The notes beneath the pieces were generated by a model. The model did not search any database and was not told the DNA's origin. It saw only the letters and a program-made list of their open reading frames with translations. This document shows, piece by piece, positions 19,044-29,811 of a stretch of 64,000 nucleotides of DNA. Origin of the DNA: Planctomycetota bacterium (GTDB lineage: Bacteria; Planctomycetota; B15-G4; JADJEK01); assembly GCA_044225365.1 (NCBI GenBank), contig JBGAIQ010000002.1, positions 160,001 through 224,000 on the forward strand, read 5' to 3'. The position numbers and the translations under genes were made by a program. Within the stretch, counting starts at the first letter, position 1; each line of letters begins with the position of its first letter.

Positions 19044-20963
19044 TCAAGGCGTCGGGCGTTCGAGGCTGCGAATCGAGCTCTCGAGGGCCGTGCGCCAGGT
19101 GGCGAACGCATCGTCCGGGCAAGACGCCGCCGCATAGAGGACCCCCGTGTCCTGGAGAATCGCGAATCGCAGTTCATGCATCGCGACCGGGCCCACGGAA
19201 TACGCCACGCGATACAGATATTGCTTGGCCGTGCCGGGGACGAGCGAGGCGGACTCGACGCGGACGTTCATCGCGCCCGACGCCGCGATCTCGCGTTCGA
19301 TCGCGGCGCGATAGCGCTCGGCCGGACCGACGAGCGGTGCCTCGGGGGGCATGTCCATCACGCCCGCGACGATGCGCATTCCGCTGCCGGCGGCGAGCGG
19401 CTCGAACACGAGACGATCGTTTCCAGAGTCGATGCGCTTCCAATCCTCGGGAACGCGGAGCGCGATCGAGCCATTGCTCGACTTCACCGGCGGCGCGAGG
19501 GCGAACTGCATCTTCCGAACGGTGGTGCGGAACGTCGCGATCGATGCTGCGAACACGTCACCGAGCGTCGCGAATTCGCTCTTCAACGCTGTGGCCGCGA
19601 TCTCGAACGAACGGGTCCGCCCGAAGACGATCGTTCGCTCGCTGCGGATCACGCCGCGCGCCGTCGTCTGCTCGATCGCATATCTCGCCGCGAGTTCGCC
19701 GCCGTAGCTCGTCGCGGAGACCTCGCCCGCCGCGACGTAGTCCTCGCCCGAGAGCGCCTTGAGCACGGCTGCGCGTCGCGTGTTCGCTCGCTCGATCGCG
19801 GCCTGATCGTTCGCGGGTCGCGAGACGTTCTCCTCGGCGAGGGTCACCGCCAACCGCGACGCCGGCGGCCGCACGTTGACCTCGTGGTACGCGACGAGAT
19901 AGCTGCCCGGGCCGTCCTTCTCGAACAGCGCGGGCGGACGGATCGTGAATCCGGCGTCGGCGTCGTCGTACGGCTCGTCGAGTTCGGGCCGCAAGCGGCG
20001 ATCGACGACTCCGACGCTCTGGAAGCAGCGGAGGATCGCGGCCTTCATCGAATCGAAGCGTGATTTCTCACAGTGATGAATGAGTGCGAATCGCCGCCGT
20101 TCGGTCTCGCAGACGAGGACGTCGATGACCGCATCGCCCCGCACGAACCCGAGGTGGATCGCGGGCAACCCGGCTTGGAATGGCTCGTCGGCGGTGAGCG
20201 TGGTGAGCGGGACTTCCGCCATGAGTCGATCGCGCAGGTTCTTCGCGGCGACGTCGAGCGGGAGGTCGAGGTCCTGTCCCATCACCTCGAAGCCGAGCTT
20301 CGCCTTCACTCCCAGGTGCCATTGCGGCGTGAACGTGACATCTCCCGATGGCCGCGGCAATGCGGTCTCGGAAACCCCACCGTAGAGCGCTGGAAGATCG
20401 ATCTCGATTCCGAGTTCGGGGCTCGAGAGCGTCTTGCCGGGCTGCGAGGGATAGGGCGCCGTCGATGGCTTGGCTTCGCGAAACGCCGCGAGTGCCGGCT
20501 CCTCGTCCCCCGCGTTCTTCTCGTCGTGGATCGAGACGACCATCCCGAGGAATCGGTCGCCCACTCGACGCACCGTGAGCAGGGTGATGGGACCCATTGT
20601 GTTCGTGCGGACCATCGGCATGTCCTTCGGCGCGTCCGCGACGACCTCGCCGTAGCTCGTCGCGAAGTCGATCTCGGCCGCGACGGTCCGCGAATCATTG
20701 AGAGCCATCGACGCGTCGACGGTCTCTTCGCCCGCGGGGACGATGAACAGCGAGACCCGCATCTGCTCGGTGGCGAGGCGCCGCGAGATCGCGGCGAAGA
20801 GGACGGGCGGCTCGTGCGCGACGCGCTCGAACTTCGAAGGCAAGGTGAACGCGATGCCCGCGGCGTCGAGTTCGGCGTCTCCGCTCGCCTCGGTGGGAGC
20901 GGGAGTCGTCGTACGAGAACCGAATGCAAGACAGCAGAATGTGAGCGCCAATCCGATCATCAT
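19044..20963 (-). CDS. Secreted hypothetical protein with about four PsbP/Mog1-like repeats
   Basis: Signal-like N-terminus MMIGLALTFCCLAF; recurring motifs GIAFTLPSKF, GIEIDLPALY, GFTIRPPALF, SIALRVPEDW. Confidence 0.6.
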   Translation of the reverse strand: MMIGLALTFCCLAFGSRTTTPAPTEASGDAELDAAGIAFTLPSKFERVAHEPPVLFAAISRRLATEQMRVSLFIVPAGEETVDASMALNDSRTVAAEIDFATSYGEVVADAPKDMPMVRTNTMGPITLLTVRRVGDRFLGMVVSIHDEKNAGDEEPALAAFREAKPSTAPYPSQPGKTLSSPELGIEIDLPALYGGVSETALPRPSGDVTFTPQWHLGVKAKLGFEVMGQDLDLPLDVAAKNLRDRLMAEVPLTTLTADEPFQAGLPAIHLGFVRGDAVIDVLVCETERRRFALIHHCEKSRFDSMKAAILRCFQSVGVVDRRLRPELDEPYDDADAGFTIRPPALFEKDGPGSYLVAYHEVNVRPPASRLAVTLAEENVSRPANDQAAIERANTRRAAVLKALSGEDYVAAGEVSATSYGGELAARYAIEQTTARGVIRSERTIVFGRTRSFEIAATALKSEFATLGDVFAASIATFRTTVRKMQFALAPPVKSSNGSIALRVPEDWKRIDSGNDRLVFEPLAAGSGMRIVAGVMDMPPEAPLVGPAERYRAAIEREIAASGAMNVRVESASLVPGTAKQYLYRVAYSVGPVAMHELRFAILQDTGVLYAAASCPDDAFATWRTALESSIRSLERPTP

Positions 20964-21073
20964 CGTCCGGCCCTTCGACTCGCAGCGCCAAAGCGACTTC
21001 GCGCCAAATCCAATTCGAACCCGCGGACTTGGGTGTTTGCATCGCGCACCCATACTCTACGATCCAACGTGCC

Positions 21074-23812
21074 ATGTTCGCAGCCATCATTCTCGTCGTC
21101 GCGTCCGCCATGCTCGCTGCGCCCGTTTCGGAGCCGCAGCAGGCCGGCCAAGGGGGACGCGATGAATTGATCGGCGCCTCCTCGATCGTGGCCGCGCCCC
21201 TACCTCCGGGCCTCACGGGCGGCGACCGCGCGCTGAGGACGTTGCGCCAGGGGAAGGACTTCGGGTATCGGCTCGCCGTTCCATCCGGCGCCTACGACCT
21301 CGAAATGGCGTTCGTCGAGCTCCTGTACCGGCGCCCGCGGCAGCGCTTGTTCGACGTCGTCGCGAACGAACGGATCGTCTTCCCGGCCATCGATCCCGTC
21401 GCTTTGGCCGGCCCGGCGCCCGTCGTCGTGACCAAGAAGACGCGCGTCGAAGTCAGCAAGGACGGCCTGCGCATCGCGTTTCGCGCATCGAGCGACCAGG
21501 CGGCGGTGGCCTGGATCCGACTGACGGCGCAGGACGGTCAAATCGTGCGATCCATCGATTGCGGCGGCGACACGGACCTCGAACCGGTCTCGGCGACCGC
21601 GCCGCTCTCCGAACAGATCCTTCCCATCTTTGGTTCGCGGGCGTTCCTCGATCTGCGTCCGCAATGGGGTGATGCCGAAGTCTCGGCGCGCGGCAAATTC
21701 GCCGAGAAGCCGGAGGCCCTGCTCGTCGGTTTCGAAACGGGCGGCGTGACGTACGCGTTGCCGTTCGCGCGCTCGATCCCGGCGGCGCGGCCGTTCGACT
21801 CGGTGACCGAGACGCGCACCGTGACTTCGCTGCGTTACGACGTCGAGTTCGCGGGACGTCTCGGATCGATCGTGTTTCGCGCCCCGTTCGACCCCGGAGA
21901 TCTCGTGGCATCGGCGACGCCTGTCTTCGTCGTCGAGTTCAGTTACGGACCTTCGCCCGATCCGCATGCGGCGCCGGTGAAGGCCCGCGTCGCGCTCGCG
22001 ACTCCAGGGGGCGCCGGCGCGGTCTCGTCGCACGAAGCGGTCTTCGCGTCGCCGACCGCTCCGAGCCGGGCTCTCGTGGTGAGCCGCGTCGAGGGAGAGA
22101 AACGCGACGAGCGCGCGATCGTGCTCGATCCCCTCGCATCGAGCGCGGCTACTCTCCTCGCTGCGCCTCGGGCGATCCAGGTCACGCTGCCGCTCGCCGA
22201 GTTCGAGGATCGGAAGATCTGGATCGCCCTCTACAGCGATCGACCGGTCGTGAACGAGGGATCGAAGGCCTACGCATCCACTCCCGCATCGCGTCATCGA
22301 TCCGTCGACTCGATGCTCGCCTCCTACTTCTGCACCGCCGATCGCCTCCTCGAAGCATCGCGCGTCATCGACTCGCTCGTGGAACGCGCGACGATCCCGG
22401 AGGCGGTGAAAGCGCTGCTGCGCGTCGCGATCCCGTCGTTCCTGCTGAACACTTGCGACGCCTACGCCGCGGACGGCACGCGGTTCTACTCCTGCATCGA
22501 GGGATTCTGCCGCTATCACGCGACACTGGACGTCGAGCTGCACACGAGCGCGTTCTATGCGTGGTTCGCGCCCGAGCTGCTGGCGCTCGAGATCGAGCGG
22601 TGGGCGGCGACCGTGCAACCCGACGACGTGATGTGCCACGACGTCGGCAAGGACGACGTGATCGGCGCGCCGCAGTATCCGCACGCGATGCCCATCGAGG
22701 AGAACACGAATTTCGTGATCCTCCTGCATGCCTATTGGACGAGGACGGGCGACGACGCGTTCGTGCGGCGTCACGCGCCGCTCGTTCAGCGGCTGCTCGC
22801 TCGCGTCCGCCGCGCCGACGTCGACGGCGATGGACTCGCGGAGAGCGACGTCGCGAACACGCTCGATGACGCATCCGCAGCGGTGCAGTACTCGCGGGGC
22901 CAGACCTATCTCGCGGTGAAGACCGCGGCCGCGCACCTCTTCGGTGCGGAGATCCTCGAGTTGCTTTCGACATCGGCGGCTCCGGACGTCGCGACCTGCC
23001 GCGCCTACGCCAAGACGATCGCAGCGACGCTCGAGCAGAAGAGCTGGAGGGGCACGCACTACGCGGTGACTGCGGATCGATCGGCGAAGGGTCTCTTGAG
23101 TCCCTGGGCGGCGAAGCGAGGAACGGAGGCCGGCCCCGTGCCGGCCGAGGTCGCGAATGCCGAGGAGGCGGAGGAGCTCGAAGGTGCAGACTCCGCGAAC
23201 GGACTCGCAGCGCTCGGCGTTCTCGACGCTCTGCGCGGGAACTCGCCGTCGCCGCTCCCGCTCGAGCGCGTGAAGCTCGATCTCACGACTGCATCGCCCC
23301 TGCTCGAGCGACGATTCGTGCTGGCCCACGCCGAGCACGAAGTGAATGGCTGGGTGTCGACCGCGATCGTGCGCGACGCGGTGCGCATCTACCTCGGCGA
23401 CGATCCGCTCTCGAACAGCGAGCGCTACGCGTTGCTCGAATCGCGCAGGAATCGGCAGAGCGATCTGCCGGACTGGGCGGGCTTCTGCGACTCGCCATTC
23501 AATCGCTACCTCAGCTACTACCCTCGTGGCGTCGTCGCGCTCACGCTCGTCGACGCGCTCGCGGGATCGAAGATCGATCGCCGCAAGCACGTGGTCGAGC
23601 TCGCGCCCATGAAAGTGCCTTGCGAACTTCCTCTGCCTTCGTTCGCGGATTGGGATCATCTCGTCGTGCCCTGGCTCGTGGTGAATCGGGCCGCCGACGG
23701 AAGTCTCGAAGCCTCGATCGAGCACGGCGAGCGACTCGCGGACTGCGACGTCACGATCGATCTGCGGGCGCACGGGGGCGCGCGCATCGAGCTACCGCGA
23801 GGGAAGAGATGA
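21074..23812 (+). CDS. Secreted malectin-like domain plus GH52/DUF4965-like (alpha/alpha)6 glycoside hydrolase
   Basis: Signal peptide; FGYRLAVPSGAYDLEMAFVE..RLFDV (malectin-like); IEG..TLD, CHDVG, MPIEENTNF, NTLDD..QTYLAVK. Confidence 0.65.
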   Translation: MFAAIILVVASAMLAAPVSEPQQAGQGGRDELIGASSIVAAPLPPGLTGGDRALRTLRQGKDFGYRLAVPSGAYDLEMAFVELLYRRPRQRLFDVVANERIVFPAIDPVALAGPAPVVVTKKTRVEVSKDGLRIAFRASSDQAAVAWIRLTAQDGQIVRSIDCGGDTDLEPVSATAPLSEQILPIFGSRAFLDLRPQWGDAEVSARGKFAEKPEALLVGFETGGVTYALPFARSIPAARPFDSVTETRTVTSLRYDVEFAGRLGSIVFRAPFDPGDLVASATPVFVVEFSYGPSPDPHAAPVKARVALATPGGAGAVSSHEAVFASPTAPSRALVVSRVEGEKRDERAIVLDPLASSAATLLAAPRAIQVTLPLAEFEDRKIWIALYSDRPVVNEGSKAYASTPASRHRSVDSMLASYFCTADRLLEASRVIDSLVERATIPEAVKALLRVAIPSFLLNTCDAYAADGTRFYSCIEGFCRYHATLDVELHTSAFYAWFAPELLALEIERWAATVQPDDVMCHDVGKDDVIGAPQYPHAMPIEENTNFVILLHAYWTRTGDDAFVRRHAPLVQRLLARVRRADVDGDGLAESDVANTLDDASAAVQYSRGQTYLAVKTAAAHLFGAEILELLSTSAAPDVATCRAYAKTIAATLEQKSWRGTHYAVTADRSAKGLLSPWAAKRGTEAGPVPAEVANAEEAEELEGADSANGLAALGVLDALRGNSPSPLPLERVKLDLTTASPLLERRFVLAHAEHEVNGWVSTAIVRDAVRIYLGDDPLSNSERYALLESRRNRQSDLPDWAGFCDSPFNRYLSYYPRGVVALTLVDALAGSKIDRRKHVVELAPMKVPCELPLPSFADWDHLVVPWLVVNRAADGSLEASIEHGERLADCDVTIDLRAHGGARIELPRGKR

Positions 23813-25116
23813 CCGAAGGAAAGCACGACTACGACACGTTGCGCAATGCGGAGGACGCGAAGAAGCACAAGGTCGTGATCGTCGGTGGCGGCTTCGCCGG
23901 GCTGTACGCCGCGCTCGGCCTCGATCGTGACGACCTCGACGTCACCATCGTCGATCAGCGCAATCATCATCTGTTCCAGCCGCTGCTGTATCAGGTGGCG
24001 ACTGCGGCGCTCGCTGCGCCCGACATCGCGGCTCCGATCCGGCGCATCCTGCAAGGGCGAAGGAACGTTCGGGTGCTGCTCGATCGGGTGGTCGGATTCC
24101 GGCTCGAAGAGCGACGACTCGAGCTCGACCGCGGCAGCATCGGCTACGACCAGCTCCTGCTCGCTCCCGGCGCGCGCGACCACTACTTCGGCCACGATGC
24201 TTGGAAAGAACACGCTCCCGGTCTCAAGACGATCGAGGACGCACTTTCGATTCGCAGTCGAATCCTCGCCGCTTTCGAAGCCGCCGAGCGCGAATCGGAT
24301 CGCGAGCGTCGATCCGAGTACCTGACCTTCGTCGTGGTCGGCGGCGGACCGACCGGTGTCGAGCTCGCGGGATCGGTCGCGGAGATCGGCCGTCGCACGC
24401 TGACGAGGAACTTTCGGAACTTCGATCCGACGAGCACGCGCGTCATCCTCGTCGAGGGGGGCGATCGGATCCTCGCGAGCTATCCGAAGGAGCTCTCGGC
24501 GAAGGCGCAGGAGCAGCTCGAGAGGCTCGGCGCCGAGGTACGGCTCGGCGCTCGCGTCGAGGACGTCACGAAGGACGGCGTGCGCATCGGCGGGGAGCTG
24601 CTCGCAGCGCGGACAGTGCTATGGGCGGCAGGTGTGCGCGCGTCGGAGTTGTGTGCGATCCTCGGCGAACGCGGAGTCCCGATCGATCGGCAGGGACGCG
24701 TACTCGTCGAGCCCGACCTCACGGTGAAGGGCCACCCCGAGGTGTTCGTGATGGGCGACGCCGCCGCAGTGAAGCAGGGCGACGGATTCGTTCCGGGCGT
24801 CGCTCCGGCCGCGATCCAAATGGGGAAGCACACCGCGAACAACGTGCTCCGGCGCTTGCGCGGCGAGGGCACGTCACCCTTCGTCTATCGCGACAAGGGT
24901 TCGCTCGCGACGATCGGGCGGCGTGCGGCGGTGGCGGATTTCGGCCGCGTGCGATTCTCCGGCGCGATCGCGTGGCTCGCGTGGCTCTTCATCCACCTGT
25001 TCTTCCTGATCGGGTTCCGCAATCGCCTCGCCGTGATGATCGAGTGGGCGATCGCGTACCTCACGTTTCAGCGCAGCGCGCGAGTGATCCTCACCGACAC
25101 GCGCGACGCGACCTGA
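23809..25116 (+). CDS. ndh: Type II NADH dehydrogenase
   Basis: VIVGGGFAG, HLFQPLLYQVAT, VVGGGPTGVELAG, WAAGV, KGSLATIGR. Confidence 0.92.
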   Translation: MTEGKHDYDTLRNAEDAKKHKVVIVGGGFAGLYAALGLDRDDLDVTIVDQRNHHLFQPLLYQVATAALAAPDIAAPIRRILQGRRNVRVLLDRVVGFRLEERRLELDRGSIGYDQLLLAPGARDHYFGHDAWKEHAPGLKTIEDALSIRSRILAAFEAAERESDRERRSEYLTFVVVGGGPTGVELAGSVAEIGRRTLTRNFRNFDPTSTRVILVEGGDRILASYPKELSAKAQEQLERLGAEVRLGARVEDVTKDGVRIGGELLAARTVLWAAGVRASELCAILGERGVPIDRQGRVLVEPDLTVKGHPEVFVMGDAAAVKQGDGFVPGVAPAAIQMGKHTANNVLRRLRGEGTSPFVYRDKGSLATIGRRAAVADFGRVRFSGAIAWLAWLFIHLFFLIGFRNRLAVMIEWAIAYLTFQRSARVILTDTRDAT

Positions 25117-26193
25117 TCAGGCGTAGTACTTGCCGAAACGATTCGCGATGAAGTCGTCGTAGCGCACGTCTTCCTGGCGGACGAAGCCCTTCTGCGGCAC
25201 CTTGCCCTGCGCGAGCAGATCGACGACGGCGCAGATTCCCGCGGCCGTCGTGATCTGGATCCCCGACCAGTTCTTGCCGTCGAATTCCTTGTGGTAGACG
25301 GTGCTCGCGTACGTGCGCTCCAGGAAGCGTCCGTTCACGTTGCCGGTCGCGGAGACGAAGATCACGATCTGGTCCTGATCGGTCGCCGGGACCGCGCGGT
25401 CGAAGAGTTCGCAGAGCTGCTTTCGGTTGTGGAGGAACTTCAGATCATGGAGCAGGATCTTCATGATCTCGTTGTGACCGGGATAGCGGATCGACTTGTA
25501 GTTGACGTTGCGCGCGCGGCCCTTCAGCGTGGCGGCGAACGTGCCGAGCCCGCCCGACGTGTTGAAGGCTTCGTATTCGACGCCATCGATGGTGAGCCGC
25601 TCCAGGTTCTCGAGCGCGGGAACCGCGATGAACTCACCGTTGGACAGGACCTCGCACGGATTGCAGTACTCGTTGACGAGCCCTTCCGTGCTCCACGTCA
25701 TGTTGTACTTCAGTCGATTGCTCGGATACCGAGGGAGAGCACCGACGCGCATCTTGAGCTCGTCGATCTCGGTCATACCGGTGACGAGATGGTTCGCGAC
25801 GATGGTGATGAATCCCGGCGCGAGGCCGCACTGCGGGATGAGCGCGACGGGCGATCCCTGCGCGAGCGCTTCGACTTCCTTCGTGACCTTCACGTCCTCC
25901 GTGAGGTCGAGGTAGTGGGCGCCGTTCTTCTTCGAGAGACGCGCGATCATCGGATTGCAGTGGAACGGTGCGCAGGAGACGACGGCCCACGCCCCTTTGA
26001 TGAAGCGATCGACCGCGGCCTCGTCGGCGAAGTCGAGGGCTTCTCCGGTCGCGCCCGGTTTGCCATCGGCGACGGCCTTCGCGGCGGCGCCATTCACGTC
26101 CGAGATGCGAAGCGTGTAGTCATTCGACGTACCGAGGAAGTGGGCGACCATACGGCCGATCTTGCCGGCGCCGAGGAGGGCGATCGTCTTCAT
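25117..26193 (-). CDS. Saccharopine dehydrogenase/lysine 6-dehydrogenase family protein
   Basis: LGAGKIG, YLDLTED, CGLAPG, WSTEGLVNEY, EAFNTSGG, RYPGH. Confidence 0.88.
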   Translation of the reverse strand: MKTIALLGAGKIGRMVAHFLGTSNDYTLRISDVNGAAAKAVADGKPGATGEALDFADEAAVDRFIKGAWAVVSCAPFHCNPMIARLSKKNGAHYLDLTEDVKVTKEVEALAQGSPVALIPQCGLAPGFITIVANHLVTGMTEIDELKMRVGALPRYPSNRLKYNMTWSTEGLVNEYCNPCEVLSNGEFIAVPALENLERLTIDGVEYEAFNTSGGLGTFAATLKGRARNVNYKSIRYPGHNEIMKILLHDLKFLHNRKQLCELFDRAVPATDQDQIVIFVSATGNVNGRFLERTYASTVYHKEFDGKNWSGIQITTAAGICAVVDLLAQGKVPQKGFVRQEDVRYDDFIANRFGKYYA

Positions 26194-26283
26194 GAGTGAG
26201 CTTCGTTTTCGGGTTGCGGGTGATTTCGTCGCTCGAATCTCGCGACGACTGCAAAGCGAGCGAGTCTAGTTGATCCTCGAGGT

Positions 26284-27363
26284 TCAGGCAAGTCCGGCTC
26301 GCCGCGCGAGTCCGACGACGGTATCGGCCCAACCGGCGTCGGAGTTGAGGGATGGGACGAGCCGCAGCTCGCCGCCGCGGCTGCGGAAGTCCCTCGCGGC
26401 GCGGATCCCGATCTCCTCGACGGTCTCGAGGCAATCGGCGACGAACGCGGGACACATGACGGCGACCCTCTTGATGCCGCGCGCTGCGAGATCATGCAGC
26501 ATGAGATCGCTGTACGGCTTGATCCATGGCGTGCGTCCGAGGCGCGACTGGAACCCGATCGACCATTCGATCCCGGCGGCGCCGGCACGGTTCTGCTGCT
26601 CGTCCAATCTGAGCTTCCGCACGATCGCGCGTGCGGTCGCGAAGCACTGCGCCCGATAGCAGTCGCGATTCGCCGCGACGATTCGATCGCAGCAATCGGC
26701 CTTCACGAGGCAATGCGCGCGCGTCGCGTCGCCCTTCTTCATGTGCCGTTCAGGGAGGCCATGGAAGCTGAGCAGGAGATGCTGCGGACGTACTTCGTCC
26801 CCCGCGTACAGGATCGGTCGCGCGATGCGGGCGAAGGCGTCGATGAATCCCGGCTCGTCGTAGAACGCGGGAACGAATTCGAGCCGGGGCGGCGCCTTCA
26901 ACTTCGCGGCGATCTCGCGCACCCGATGGATCGTCGATCCCGTCGAGCTGTCGGCGTGCTGGGGGTAGAGCGGGAACACGACGATCTTCTCGCAGCCGGC
27001 CTTCACGAGCGCATCGAGACCCGAGTGCATTGTCGGCTTGCCGTAGCGCATCGCGAACTCGACCGGCACCCCCGGCAATCGAGCCGCGACCTCGCGCAGC
27101 AGCGCGAGCGAGTGCACGAGCAGCGGCGAGCCCTGCTCGGTCCAGATCGAGCGATAGAGTTCCGCGGACGCGGGCGCTCTCCGCGGCAGTATGACGAAGC
27201 GGAGCAGGAGATGGCGCAGCGGTGCGGGGATGTCGATGACACGGGGATCGGAGAGGAACTCCTGAAGATAGGCGCGCACCGCCTCCGTCGTCGGGGCGTC
27301 GGGCGTCCCGAGATTGACGAGGAGGAGCCCGGTGCGGAGATTCGTGTCGGCCTTGCCGGTCAT
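26284..27363 (-). CDS. hemH: Ferrochelatase
   Basis: LLVNLGTP, FLSDPRV, AMRYGKP, SFHGLP, FQSRLG, DCLETVEE. Confidence 0.95.
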   Translation of the reverse strand: MTGKADTNLRTGLLLVNLGTPDAPTTEAVRAYLQEFLSDPRVIDIPAPLRHLLLRFVILPRRAPASAELYRSIWTEQGSPLLVHSLALLREVAARLPGVPVEFAMRYGKPTMHSGLDALVKAGCEKIVVFPLYPQHADSSTGSTIHRVREIAAKLKAPPRLEFVPAFYDEPGFIDAFARIARPILYAGDEVRPQHLLLSFHGLPERHMKKGDATRAHCLVKADCCDRIVAANRDCYRAQCFATARAIVRKLRLDEQQNRAGAAGIEWSIGFQSRLGRTPWIKPYSDLMLHDLAARGIKRVAVMCPAFVADCLETVEEIGIRAARDFRSRGGELRLVPSLNSDAGWADTVVGLARRAGLA

Positions 27364-27462
27364 GCAGGGACTTTCGATCGGACTGTGGGACATGGGGCAG
27401 GGACTGCTTCGTGCCGAGGGATGGTACTCTCTCGCGATTCACGTCGCAGCGGAAACCGATCG

Positions 27463-29811
27463 ATGCTGAACGAGCAACGCGTGCTCGCGGTGCTTTCCCT
27501 CGCCTTCCTCGTCGTCGCGGGCGGACTGTGCCTGCGCGAGGGAGAGCCACCGCCCGTTCGCGACGAACCCGCGAGTGGGGTCGTCGCGACGGAGTTTGGG
27601 GTCGCGCGGGCCAAGCAGCAACTCGCGTGGATCGCGGCGACGCCGCACCCGATGGTGAGCCGTGCGCATCGCGAGGTGCGCGAGCGGCTCGTGTCGGAGT
27701 TCAAGAGCCTCGGTCTCGAAGTCGTGATCGATGCCGGATTCGTCGACGCGAAGACCGAGGGCATCGACATCGGGCTCGACTACGTGCAGAACGTGGTCGC
27801 GCGTCTCGCGGGCGCCTCGTCCGCGAACGCGATCCTCGTCGCTTCGCACTACGACTCCGCCGGAACCGGGCCTGGAGCGGGGGACGACGGCGCAGGTGTC
27901 GCCGCGATGCTCGAGACGGCGCGCGCGCTCGTCGCGCAGGCGAAGAAGTTCGCGAACGACGTGATCTTCGTCGTCACGGATGGCGAGGAGATCGATCTTC
28001 TCGGCGCGAAGCGCTACGTCCAGCACGGGCCGTGGCGCGAGAACGTCGCCGCCGTTCTCAACTTCGAGGCTCGCGGCGCGGCGGGCCCGAGCATCCTGTT
28101 CGAGACGAGCCGGGCGAACGCGTCGTTGATCGAGCGCTACGGGCGCGTGGCGAAGGACCCGGTCGCGAATTCCCTCGCCTACGAGATCTACCGTTTGATG
28201 CCGAACGACACCGATCTCACGGTGTTCAAGAAGGCCGGATTCAAGGGTCTCAACTTCGCGTTCATCGGCGCGCACGATCACTATCACACGGCGCTCGACA
28301 CGCCCGAGGGACTCTCCGATGCCAGCCTACAGCATCACGGCGAACAGATGCTCGGGCTCGTGCGCGATCTCGCGGATCAGGATCTGAGTCGCCTTCGCGA
28401 CGAGACGGCAGCGAAGACCTACTTTTCGATCCTGCGATCGGGATTCGTCGCATACCCGCAGTGGGGGTCCTACCTCGTCGCGCTCGCGGCCCTCTTGCTG
28501 CTCTGGCGTGCGATTCGGGCGTCGTTTCGCATGGACCGGATCACGAAGCAGGCGCTGCGCGATGGAGTGATCGCGAACCTTCTCGCGATCGCGCTCGCTT
28601 CTGGCGCGAGCTTCGCATTGCGTTCGCTCCTCACGAGCAGCGCTGCGAACGACATCGAGCGCAACTGGCTCGTCATCACGGATGGTCCACTACATCGCAA
28701 CGCGCACTACCTCATCGCGATCTCGCTCCTGACGTTCATCCAACTGCAGATGCGGACGCGGGCGCGGGCCGACGGCTTGTTCGCGGGCGCGCTCCTCGTC
28801 GCGGCGTGCATCCTCGTGGTCGTGACGATCGTCGCGCCCGGGGCGAGCTACGTCCTCTCGTGGCCGCTCGTCTTCTCATCGCTCTCGCTCGAGGTCTTCA
28901 CGACGCGCGAACGCAAGGGACATCTGCCCGCGCGGCGCTTCGTTACCCTCTGCCTCCTCGCGATTCCCGCGATCGTCCTCGTCGCACCGCTCCTCGTCTT
29001 CGGGGCACAGGCGCTCACGCTCGGCGGGATGCCCGTCATCGCGGCGTTCACCGTGCTCGCGCTCGGATTCGTCACTCCGCTCGTGCTCGCCGCGATGGCC
29101 GTTCGTCGACTCTTCGTTCCGCTCGTGAGCGGCGCACTCGCATTCGTCGTGCTCGGCGCGGCGATCTGGAACGGCAACGCCGTTCGCGCGCGCCCGCGTA
29201 TGAACACCCTTCAATACGTCCTCGACGCCGAAGCGGGGACGGCGCGGCTCGCTGGCGCGACGCTCGACGCGTTCGAGCCGGAGTTCAGCGGCCTTTCTCC
29301 GCAGGAGATCGACGGCAAGACGCTGCTGCCGACGATCGAGAACGGCAAGCTCTTCGCGGCGAGCGTCGAGCCGGTCAGCGTCCAGGAGCCGAAGCTCGAA
29401 CTCGTGAGCGCGAAGCTCGACGAGAAGGAGCGCGTGCTCGAGTTGCGCATCGTGCCGCCCCTCGACGTCGATCGCGTCACTCTGCGATTCGATCGCGACG
29501 TGCACGCCGTTCTCACGCAGGCCGCGGACGTCGCGCCCGACGCGAAGGCGCTCGAGAAGTCGCTCGCGACGCAGCGAGGGAAGGACGAGAAGGCATGGCG
29601 CCCGACACAGATCCGTTTGCACGGTTGCCCGGCAGAGGGCGTCGTCGTGCGGATCGCGGCTCCCGCGGGCGCCCCGATCACGGGCGCGATCGTCGGCCGC
29701 TATTACGAGCTTCCAACGCTCAGCGAGCAGAGCTCGCCACGCCGGCCTTGGCTCGTGCCCGCGAGCTGGCGCACGGACTCGACGATCGTGTTCCGACGGT
29801 TCATGTTCTGA
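27463..29811 (+). CDS. M28-family membrane metallopeptidase
   Basis: SHYDS, GAGDDGAG, DGEE, NFEARG, TDLTVF, YHTALD followed by a multi-TM region. Confidence 0.88.
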   Translation: MLNEQRVLAVLSLAFLVVAGGLCLREGEPPPVRDEPASGVVATEFGVARAKQQLAWIAATPHPMVSRAHREVRERLVSEFKSLGLEVVIDAGFVDAKTEGIDIGLDYVQNVVARLAGASSANAILVASHYDSAGTGPGAGDDGAGVAAMLETARALVAQAKKFANDVIFVVTDGEEIDLLGAKRYVQHGPWRENVAAVLNFEARGAAGPSILFETSRANASLIERYGRVAKDPVANSLAYEIYRLMPNDTDLTVFKKAGFKGLNFAFIGAHDHYHTALDTPEGLSDASLQHHGEQMLGLVRDLADQDLSRLRDETAAKTYFSILRSGFVAYPQWGSYLVALAALLLLWRAIRASFRMDRITKQALRDGVIANLLAIALASGASFALRSLLTSSAANDIERNWLVITDGPLHRNAHYLIAISLLTFIQLQMRTRARADGLFAGALLVAACILVVVTIVAPGASYVLSWPLVFSSLSLEVFTTRERKGHLPARRFVTLCLLAIPAIVLVAPLLVFGAQALTLGGMPVIAAFTVLALGFVTPLVLAAMAVRRLFVPLVSGALAFVVLGAAIWNGNAVRARPRMNTLQYVLDAEAGTARLAGATLDAFEPEFSGLSPQEIDGKTLLPTIENGKLFAASVEPVSVQEPKLELVSAKLDEKERVLELRIVPPLDVDRVTLRFDRDVHAVLTQAADVAPDAKALEKSLATQRGKDEKAWRPTQIRLHGCPAEGVVVRIAAPAGAPITGAIVGRYYELPTLSEQSSPRRPWLVPASWRTDSTIVFRRFMF

